In this document: piece after piece, positions 31,095-38,151 of the stretch
How positions within the stretch are numbered: the first letter of the stretch is position 1
Layout of the letters: every line of letters starts with the position of its first letter
Assembly (NCBI GenBank): GCA_963813535.1
Contig: CAWEZH010000002.1
Span: 96,001 to 160,000 of the forward strand
Reading direction: 5' to 3'
Length of the DNA stretch: 64,000 bases
Origin: an uncultured Chloroflexia bacterium
Lineage (GTDB): Bacteria > Chloroflexota > Limnocylindria > Limnocylindrales > CSP1-4
Notes under the pieces: model-generated
Databases searched by the model: none
Seen by the model: the letters and a program-made list of their open reading frames with translations, nothing else
Told to the model about the DNA's origin: nothing
Made by a program: the position numbers and the translations under genes

Positions 31095-32077
31095 CCAGCG
31101 CGGACGATCTGGCACGCAGCGTCCGCGCGTGGCGTTCCACGCTCGACGGCGATCAGCGAGAGCGCTCGTCGTTCGGGTTCGACGACCCGGAGCGCGTCGT
31201 CTGGGCGTTCACGCCGGGCGAGCGTGCGGGCCTGGCGCTCGGTGATATGGCGCCGGAGCAGCGGTCGGCCGCGTCACGCATCGTCGAAGCCGCGATGAGC
31301 GCGCGTGGTGCCCGAGAGGTCGCCGCCGTCATCGCCCTCGAATCGGTCCTTGGCGGGCTGGAACGCGACCAGGGCCGCTCGAACTGGCCGCGGCGCGACC
31401 CAGGGCTGTACTGGTTTGCCGTCTTCGGCGATCCGACAGACCCGGCCACGGCACGGGAGCCATGGGCGTGGCGGATCGGCGGTCACCACGTGGCCGTCCA
31501 GATGACGGTCGCGGACAGCGAGGTCGTCGGCAGCACGCCGTCGTTCCTGGGGGCCAACCCGGCCGTCGTTCCCGGCGGGCCTCGTGCCGGGGAGCGGACG
31601 CTGACGGGCGAGGAGTCGCTTGCCCGGGCGCTGCTGGATGGCCTGTCGCCCGACGCGCGGGCGGTCGCCGTGGTCGACGCCGTGGCACCACCGGAGATCC
31701 TCACGGGCAACAGTGCCCGTGCCGATCCGTCGTCAGTCCCCCGCGGCCTCCGCTATGCCGAGATGGATCCGACCGCCCAGGCGGGGCTGGTGCGCCTGAT
31801 CCGGCACTACCTGGGACGGGCGGCCGACGACGTCGCTGAGTCCGATTGGGAGCGAGCGGTGGCCGATGGCCTCGCGGACACGACGTTCGCCTGGGCCGGG
31901 GCGCTGGAACCCGGGCGCGGGCACTACTACGCGATCCGTGGCCCGCGGCTGCTCATCGAGTACGACAACACGCAGAACGGCGCCAATCACGTCCACGCCG
32001 TGTGGCGCGATCCGGTGAACGATTGGGGTGAGGACCTCCTCGCGGCGCACTATCGCGCGGGTCACGCAGGGGGCTGA
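31091..32077 (+). CDS. DUF3500 domain protein
   Basis: RDP..Y.FAVFG.P, WRIGGHH, PSFLGANP, YYAI.GP.LLIEYDNTQNGANHVHAVWRD..NDWG. Confidence 0.88.
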   Translation: MTSADDLARSVRAWRSTLDGDQRERSSFGFDDPERVVWAFTPGERAGLALGDMAPEQRSAASRIVEAAMSARGAREVAAVIALESVLGGLERDQGRSNWPRRDPGLYWFAVFGDPTDPATAREPWAWRIGGHHVAVQMTVADSEVVGSTPSFLGANPAVVPGGPRAGERTLTGEESLARALLDGLSPDARAVAVVDAVAPPEILTGNSARADPSSVPRGLRYAEMDPTAQAGLVRLIRHYLGRAADDVAESDWERAVADGLADTTFAWAGALEPGRGHYYAIRGPRLLIEYDNTQNGANHVHAVWRDPVNDWGEDLLAAHYRAGHAGG

Positions 32078-32182
32078 CCACCTTGCGCCGTGGCGGCCGG
32101 GCCGTACACTCCGTCGAGCCTGTGTCGCCTGACCGGTGATCGCCGCGTCGGGCGGGCACGAAGCGAGTGAGGGATATCCACC

Positions 32183-32464
32183 ATGATGGCGATCTTCGGA
32201 GCACTCCTGCCCAGGTTCGTGCTCCTCGTCGGCTGGTTCAACGATCCGGGCTACTGGAACACCGTGATCCAATCACAGCTGTTCTTCCTGCTCGGCTTCC
32301 TGTTCCTGCCCTGGACCACCCTGGTCTACGGCTTGGCGGCACCCAACGGCCTCAGCCTGCTCAACATCATCTTCCTGATCTTCGCGCTGTTGATCGACCT
32401 TGCGACCTGGGGCGTCGGCGCCCTCGCGACGCGCAAGCAGGCGTCCTACTACCGCGGCACCTGA
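32183..32464 (+). CDS. small membrane protein
   Basis: Three hydrophobic segments, LGFLFLPWTTL motif, GAGG RBS. Confidence 0.8.
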   Translation: MMAIFGALLPRFVLLVGWFNDPGYWNTVIQSQLFFLLGFLFLPWTTLVYGLAAPNGLSLLNIIFLIFALLIDLATWGVGALATRKQASYYRGT

Positions 32465-32574
32465 CTGCCGCTTCGACGCGAACGAGGTCCTGCCGGGAAC
32501 GAATCGACCCACGCCCGACGACTACCATCTGAGCGCGACGAAACCGCCGCGCCGACCTCGTAGTCCGGTGGGCC

Positions 32575-33135
32575 GTGGACCAGCGAGAACTCGTCGAGCG
32601 AGCGCAGCGAGGCGATCATGACGCCTTCGCGACCCTTGCCGGCCTGTTCGTCGCGCGGCTGGATGCTGCCGCCCGCCTGATCCTCCGCGACCACGATCTC
32701 GCCCGAGACGCGGTCCAGGACGGGTTCATCCGGGCCTGGCGCAGCCTGCCCTCCCTCCGCGATCCGGATCGCTTCGAGGGATGGTTGCGCAGCCTCGTGG
32801 CCCGCTCATGCATCGACATCCTGCGCCGTCGTGGCCGCCGGCCGATCGAGGTCGAACTGATCTCGACGGACGGGCCATCGATCGACGACGTCTCGACCGT
32901 GACCGCGGACCGAGACTTGCTCGACTTGATCCTCCGACGATTGCCGCCCGATCAGCGGGCGGTCGTCGTGCTCCGTTACTACTTCGACCTCGAGGTGCCC
33001 GAGATCGCCAGCACGCTGGGGATCCCGCTCGGCACCGCCAAATCCCGACTCCACCGATCGATGGGCCTGATGCGTTCCGCGCTGGCCGACATCGATCCCG
33101 ACCACGCCCCGGTGCCGAAGGGACAGTTCGCATGA
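32575..33135 (+). CDS. ECF RNA polymerase sigma factor
   Basis: GD..AF, D.VQD.F..AW, F..WL (region 2); LP.DQR.VV.LRY, EIA..LGIP.GT.KSRL.R (region 4). Confidence 0.95.
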   Translation: MDQRELVERAQRGDHDAFATLAGLFVARLDAAARLILRDHDLARDAVQDGFIRAWRSLPSLRDPDRFEGWLRSLVARSCIDILRRRGRRPIEVELISTDGPSIDDVSTVTADRDLLDLILRRLPPDQRAVVVLRYYFDLEVPEIASTLGIPLGTAKSRLHRSMGLMRSALADIDPDHAPVPKGQFA

Positions 33136-34385
33136 CCACGTTCGAGCGCTTCGAGCATGCGATCCCGGAGCTCATGACCGAGCTCGCGCCGGCGCAGGTC
33201 CCCGACTACTTCGATGACATGCTCCGGCAGACCGCGGCGCATCGGCAGCGGCCGGCCTGGAGCTTCCCCGAAAGGTGGCTTCCCATGGACATCGCGGTCC
33301 AGCCGCTCATGTCGCGGCGCTTCCCGTGGCGACCGCTCCTCGTCGCGGGGCTCATCGGCCTCTTGATCGCCGCGGGTCTCGCCGCGTACATCGGGTCGCA
33401 GCAGCGACTGCCGCCCCCATTCGGCCTCGCACGGAACGGTCAGATCCTGTTCAGCACACCGGAAGGCAAGATCGTGTCCGCCGATCCCGACACAGGCGCG
33501 ATAACCGCGCTCATCACAGGGCCAGACCTGGCCTCGAACCCCTGGTTCTCGAATGACGGCACCCGATTCGCGTTCGACCGGCGAACGGCGGGCAGCCCTG
33601 CTGGCTTGTTCGTCGCGAACGCAGATGGTACGAACGTGCGCCAGGTCGCCGATCCCGCTCCGGAGATCTCATGGTTCGATTGGTCGCCGACGGGAGACCG
33701 CTTCGCCCTCTCCCGTGCCGGTGATCCTCCGGGTCAGATCACGATCATGGACCCGTCCGACGGCTCGACGACGACGTTCCAGCTGGGACTCGAGATCGCG
33801 ACAGCCGCGTGGCGGCCGAACAGCGACCAACTCGTCGTTACCACGAACATGCCTGGCGGCTCCGCCGCGCAGGGCTTCTACCTCGTGGGATCGGATGGAG
33901 CTGGTCTCAAGCCGATCGTCGTCGGTCCCACGATCATCAACACGCCGACCGTCTCGCCCGATGGCGCGAAGCTGGCGTACGCCACATGGGAGGCTGGGGC
34001 AGAGGGGCGCATCCATTTCGCCGACATCGACTCGGGCGCCATCAGCGAAGTCGATTTCGCCCCTGGATTCGAGTACACCGACCTGAGCCCGGTGTTCTCA
34101 CCCGACGGGAAGACATTCGTCGTGCAGCGGTATGCGATCGACGGCTATCGGCTGACCGTGCTGAGCGTCGACGGGCAAGCCCGAGCGGTCCCTATGGGAT
34201 TGGCGCACCCGGACATGACTGACGGTGCGGCCGTGCTCTTCTCGCCCGATGGGACGAAGGTCCTGGCGACGTACAAGAACGACGGGACGACCTGGCTCCT
34301 GGATGTGGTGACCGGCGGTGGCGACCAGATGACCTGGTCCGTCCCGATGACGACAGACGCGACGTGGCAGCGTCTCGCACCGTGA
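33132..34385 (+). CDS. putative anti-sigma factor with TM helix and TolB/PD40-like beta-propeller
   Basis: ATGA-coupled to the ECF gene; short cytoplasmic N-terminus, TM, repeated (W/F)SPDG units. Confidence 0.8.
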   Translation: MTTFERFEHAIPELMTELAPAQVPDYFDDMLRQTAAHRQRPAWSFPERWLPMDIAVQPLMSRRFPWRPLLVAGLIGLLIAAGLAAYIGSQQRLPPPFGLARNGQILFSTPEGKIVSADPDTGAITALITGPDLASNPWFSNDGTRFAFDRRTAGSPAGLFVANADGTNVRQVADPAPEISWFDWSPTGDRFALSRAGDPPGQITIMDPSDGSTTTFQLGLEIATAAWRPNSDQLVVTTNMPGGSAAQGFYLVGSDGAGLKPIVVGPTIINTPTVSPDGAKLAYATWEAGAEGRIHFADIDSGAISEVDFAPGFEYTDLSPVFSPDGKTFVVQRYAIDGYRLTVLSVDGQARAVPMGLAHPDMTDGAAVLFSPDGTKVLATYKNDGTTWLLDVVTGGGDQMTWSVPMTTDATWQRLAP

Positions 34386-34401
34386 TGCGGAGCACCGTCG
34401 G

Positions 34402-34490
34402 TTAGTCGCTCGCGCTCGATTCTGCGGCGTCGATGGCCGCGGCCAAGTCGGCCGCGGCCACGGCGCGCGGCTCCTTGCCCTTCGGCCAGT
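34402..34490 (-). pseudogene. detached alternative 3' end of the ferredoxin-NADP reductase gene
   Basis: Translates WPKGKEPRAVAAADLAAAIDAAESSASD*, versus WPKGKEPRGVAGAADLAAETDAAILNADQ* in the intact gene; 34464-34490 matches 36283-36309 at 26/27 nt. Confidence 0.9.
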
Positions 34491-34587
34491 CGCGACGGCA
34501 TGCCGCCGGTAGCCCGCAGCCGCACGCGGCTGAAGCCCCGGCGCGAGGCTGTGGGCGCGGGCCGATCTCGATCGAGAAATGATGAGA

Positions 34588-34641
34588 TTGACAGCGGCGC
34601 CAAAGCTACCTAGGATGCCGCTACATCGGATACAGATGTAG
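34588..34641 (+). promoter_or_regulatory. sigma70 promoter and PadR operator
   Basis: TTGACA-N17-TAGGAT (34588-34616); palindrome CTACATC-N7-GATGTAG (34621-34641). Confidence 0.8.
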
Positions 34642-34651
34642 AGGTGGGCGG

Positions 34652-35005
34652 ATGAAGCAGCTGAAGTCGTTTGGCAACCAGCTTGTGAAAGGCACGACGC
34701 CGATGCTCGTACTTTCCGTGATCGGGGAAGGCGAGCTCTACGGCTACGAGATCGCTCAACGCATCCGGGAGGAGAGCGGGGGCGGCTTGGCGCCGTCCGA
34801 GGGGTCGCTCTACCCGACGCTGCATAGGCTCGAGGCGGACGGAGCCCTCGAGGCGGTCTGGCGCGAGAGCGACCGAGGGCCTCGTCGGCGCTACTACAAG
34901 GTGACGGATCACGGGCGGGGCCTGCTCGCCTCCAGCCAGGACGAGTGGTCGACGTTCGCGCGGATGGTCGAGCGCGTCGCCCTTCGAGGTGATCGGAATG
35001 GCTGA
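34652..35005 (+). CDS. PadR family transcriptional regulator
   Basis: YGYEI, EGSLYPTLHRLE..G, GPRRRYY..T..G. Confidence 0.96.
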   Translation: MKQLKSFGNQLVKGTTPMLVLSVIGEGELYGYEIAQRIREESGGGLAPSEGSLYPTLHRLEADGALEAVWRESDRGPRRRYYKVTDHGRGLLASSQDEWSTFARMVERVALRGDRNG

Positions 35006-36197
35006 CTTTGATCCGACCCGCTGGACGTCGGACCGAGCCGGCTATCTCGCACGCGTCGCGGCGTCCTTGCGCCTCCCGGAAAGCGACGCCCGCGACGTCA
35101 TCGAGGAGCTGGAGGGCCACATCGCAGATTCCACCGCGGCGCTGATGGCGGACGGTCTCTCGCAAGAACAGGCCGAGCGGAATACCCTCGCCCGCCTCGG
35201 CGCACCCGACGTCCTTGCCGGGGATCTCCGGCGCGCTCGCCAGACGTCGCGTCGCATGATCGCGGCCGTCGGCGGAGGCGTGTGGGCCGCCACCCGCAGC
35301 GGGACGTTCGGTCTCCTGGTCGGGGCCGCGACAGCGCTCCCGGCCATGCTCCTCATTGCGGCGATCGTCGGGTTGTTGTTGCCGAGCGTGACGTTCCTGT
35401 TCGAGCCGGTCGGCATGGCAACGGGGATTGCGTGGGCATGGGCGATCGCCGCCTTTCTCGCTGCTGGCGCTGCGACACGCCGCATCGCCGTCACGGCTCG
35501 CCGTCCGATCGCCGATGTCCGCACCCCGGCCGCGCTGCTCGCCGCCCTCGTGATCGGCGCAGCCGTGCTGCTGATCCCGAGCCAGGCCCTCGACGAGCTG
35601 GCCGTCATCGTGTTGCTTGCGATCCCGCTCGGTGGCGTGTTGGGCGCGCTGCTCGCCACCGAACGCGGGCGACCCAGTCGCTGGCTGGCTCCGCTGGCGA
35701 TCCTCGTCATGGTGTTCGGCTTCGTTGCCCTGCCGTTGGCGATCCTCTGGGCGCCGCCAACGGTCACGTGGGGTGCGATCGTGCCGTCCGATCACCCAGC
35801 GTTCGAGGCCGAACCCGCCTTCGAGAGTCCGTTCGCGGATGGGATGGGGATCATCACCCAGAATCAGGACGGTCGATACGAACTGGAGACGACCGTCGGG
35901 CCGTCGATCGCGCAGTGGCGAAATTTGCGACTCGAGGTGTGGGCCTGCGCGCTCCCTTGCAGCGAACCTGATGCCGAGCGGACTGTGCTCATCGGCGATG
36001 CTCCAGCAAGCATCGCCAACGACCGGCTAACGGCTGCCGTGGTCATGAACCACTACCGCTACTCGGGTCCGATCGTCGCGCTCCTGCTGGGGACGGACGA
36101 AGGCGGCGTCCAGCACACGCTGTTCGGTCCCGACATCGGCAAAGCCGCATTCAACGGCCGGGTGATCGACTGGCTGTCGGCGCCAGTACCGTCCTAG
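34998..36197 (+). CDS. membrane protein with N-terminal HAAS/permease-prefix-type domain
   Basis: YL..V...L..D.IEELE.HI.....A...LG.P motif, about five TM segments, extracytoplasmic C-terminus. Confidence 0.8.
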   Translation: MADFDPTRWTSDRAGYLARVAASLRLPESDARDVIEELEGHIADSTAALMADGLSQEQAERNTLARLGAPDVLAGDLRRARQTSRRMIAAVGGGVWAATRSGTFGLLVGAATALPAMLLIAAIVGLLLPSVTFLFEPVGMATGIAWAWAIAAFLAAGAATRRIAVTARRPIADVRTPAALLAALVIGAAVLLIPSQALDELAVIVLLAIPLGGVLGALLATERGRPSRWLAPLAILVMVFGFVALPLAILWAPPTVTWGAIVPSDHPAFEAEPAFESPFADGMGIITQNQDGRYELETTVGPSIAQWRNLRLEVWACALPCSEPDAERTVLIGDAPASIANDRLTAAVVMNHYRYSGPIVALLLGTDEGGVQHTLFGPDIGKAAFNGRVIDWLSAPVPS

Positions 36198-36217
36198 CAG
36201 CGCGACTAACCGGTTTT

Positions 36218-37093
36218 CTACTGATCCGCGTTCAAGATCGCCGCGTCGGTCTCCGCCGCAAGGTCCGCCGCGCCAGCCACGCCGCGCGGTTCCTTGCCCT
36301 TCGGCCAGTACAGCTCCTTCTTGACCGACGCCTCGGGGAGTCCGAGGTCAAGGAGGGTCTGCTCGGCAGCGATGATCATGTCGGGGTTGCCACAGAGGTA
36401 GGCGATCGTGTCGTCCGGCTTGAGTCCGAGTTGCTCGAACACCGGGCCGACCACCGTCTCGGCGCGGCCGGTCCGGCCCTCCCAGGTGGCATTGGACGGG
36501 TCGCCGGGGCGGGAGACGGTGGGTACGAACGTCACCGGGTACTCGCCGCGCGTCTGCCAGCGCTCGAGGACGTCGCGATAGCCGAGGTCGCGCTCGTACG
36601 AGACGCCGTTGATGAACACCGCCCGACGGAGGTCGCCCGCGGCCATCGTCTCGCGCATCATCGACACGAATGGGGCATTGCCCGTGCCCGATGAGATGAA
36701 CAGGTGGACCCGATCGTCGCCGGGCTCGAGCAGGAACTTGCCCTTCGGCCCGATCATCCGCATCCGGTGGCCGACGGGCAGGTCCCACAGCACCGGCGTG
36801 AACGTGCCGCCCTGGACGAGCCGCAGGTAGAACTCGTAGCCGGTCGAGCCGGCCTCGCGCGGGGGTGACGCGACCGAGTACGGCCGCTGGACGATGCGCC
36901 CGTCGATGAACACGCCGATCGTCATGTACTGCCCGGGCTCGAAGGGCGTCGGTTCGCCGTCGAACTTGACCCAGAAGTAGCCCAGGCTCTCGTGCTGGTC
37001 GACGCGCTGGATCAGGGTCGCGTTGTAGCGCTCATCGTCGGTCGCGATGACGCCGCCGGGCTCGGCGGCCGCGGCGGCGGCGAGGTCGGTCAT
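36218..37093 (-). CDS. fpr: ferredoxin--NADP(+) reductase (bacterial Fpr type)
   Basis: FEPGQY, RPYSVAS, GTFT, GPKGKF, SGTGNAPF, YLCGNPDMI, ELYW. Confidence 0.88.
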   Translation of the reverse strand: MTDLAAAAAAEPGGVIATDDERYNATLIQRVDQHESLGYFWVKFDGEPTPFEPGQYMTIGVFIDGRIVQRPYSVASPPREAGSTGYEFYLRLVQGGTFTPVLWDLPVGHRMRMIGPKGKFLLEPGDDRVHLFISSGTGNAPFVSMMRETMAAGDLRRAVFINGVSYERDLGYRDVLERWQTRGEYPVTFVPTVSRPGDPSNATWEGRTGRAETVVGPVFEQLGLKPDDTIAYLCGNPDMIIAAEQTLLDLGLPEASVKKELYWPKGKEPRGVAGAADLAAETDAAILNADQ

Positions 37094-37179
37094 GTGTGGA
37101 CGCATCTCCGGTGCGGTTCCGGAGATGGTACCCGGCGACGCCACTCGACCAGCGAGGGTCGCCGCCGGGCGATGTGGAG

Positions 37180-37764
37180 CTAGGCGGGATCCCCCTGCCC
37201 TCGACAGCTCACCTTCGGGTTCCAGTCGTTGAACAGACCGCGGGGATTGCCCTTCCAGACCCAAGCATGGATCTCGTAGAAGTCCGGAAGCCCGTATCGG
37301 TTGCCCGCCGGAACGAGCGTCAGCCGCCGCCCGAACAGGCGAGGCGCCCTCGACCCGTTGGCCTTGTGCCAGGCATCCTTTAGGACCACGTACTCGACGG
37401 CCACGAGCTGGTAGCCGCCATCGGTGCGGGGCTCGTAGACGAGCACTTCCGGCCGCAGCTTGTCCAGCGCGGGATCCTCGACCAGCGCGCCCTTCACGAA
37501 GTGCTGGCCCATCCCGCCCGTGCCGGTCTTGTCTGTGCAGAGGTAGAACTTGTCGTAGCCCGCCGCCATCGCGATATCCAGGTTGTGGAACGCATCGGTC
37601 GCCGCTCGCACATCCGCGAGCTGACTCGTCGAGCCCTGCGGGCCGCTGCCTGCCACGACGACCGCGGAACCGACGATGGCCATCACCGCGATCGCGCCGA
37701 TGACGGCGGTGCGGGCTGACGTGACTCGCCGGCGCGCGACCCGGGAAAACGCATCTGGTGTCAT
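37180..37764 (-). CDS. secreted hypothetical protein
   Basis: Signal peptide; GGMGQHF, PEVLVYEP, AVEY, HAWVW..NP.G.F..WNP.V.C motifs. Confidence 0.8.
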   Translation of the reverse strand: MTPDAFSRVARRRVTSARTAVIGAIAVMAIVGSAVVVAGSGPQGSTSQLADVRAATDAFHNLDIAMAAGYDKFYLCTDKTGTGGMGQHFVKGALVEDPALDKLRPEVLVYEPRTDGGYQLVAVEYVVLKDAWHKANGSRAPRLFGRRLTLVPAGNRYGLPDFYEIHAWVWKGNPRGLFNDWNPKVSCRGQGDPA

Positions 37765-37773
37765 GCGATCACC

Positions 37774-38022
37774 TCACACCTCGACCGAGACTTCGTAGAC
37801 CTCGGGGGTCGGATGCCCGGCCCGCTCGTGGATCCGCATCACGGCCTCCCTCGATGGTCCGGTCGCCAGGCAGAAGACCTTGCCGGCCTCCGGATCCATC
37901 CAGGCACGCTCGAAATGGACGCTTTCATCGCGCTCGATCGCCAGGTCGCGGTCATGCGCTTCGCGCAGCTGGTCGGCCGTCACGCCGAAGAACCCCGAAT
38001 GCACGTCCATGAACTTCGTCAT
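37774..38022 (-). CDS. DUF4242 / SCO4226-like protein
   Basis: FMDVH, EAH..D, W.D...GKVFCL..GP...AV..IH..AGH; AGGAGG RBS. Confidence 0.88.
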   Translation of the reverse strand: MTKFMDVHSGFFGVTADQLREAHDRDLAIERDESVHFERAWMDPEAGKVFCLATGPSREAVMRIHERAGHPTPEVYEVSVEV

Positions 38023-38095
38023 CGACGCCTCCTGTCTCCTGTCCCGGCGAGGCGCCGGGTCCGTGGGCGAGACGGTCGCGCCGAAAACGGGCATC

Positions 38096-38119
38096 GTCAT
38101 CGGTCGAACGACCGATGAC
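38096..38119. promoter_or_regulatory. perfect inverted repeat, candidate operator of the STAND-LuxR regulator
   Basis: GTCATCGGTCG-AA-CGACCGATGAC between divergent genes. Confidence 0.6.
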
Positions 38120-38151
38120 CTGCGACGGACCCGGCCTACACTGCGAGCACG

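Larger units (their letters stand above)
34491..36309. mobile_element. integrase-free mini-island (PadR + membrane protein) bounded by direct repeats in the fpr 3' end
   Basis: TCCTTGCCCTTCGGCCAGT at both 34472-34490 and 36291-36309; the segment has its own promoter and operator. Confidence 0.65.

Noticed and set aside
32540-32562. SigW-like GAAAC...CGTA autoregulatory ECF promoter
   Set aside because: The 14-nt spacer is shorter than the usual ~16, so it is not supportable from sequence alone.
38096-38119. GTCATC...GATGAC palindrome as a fifth member of the repeat family
   Set aside because: Shares only the hexamer and lacks the GGGCCGCATC and GATGCATATTTC motifs; better explained as an operator.
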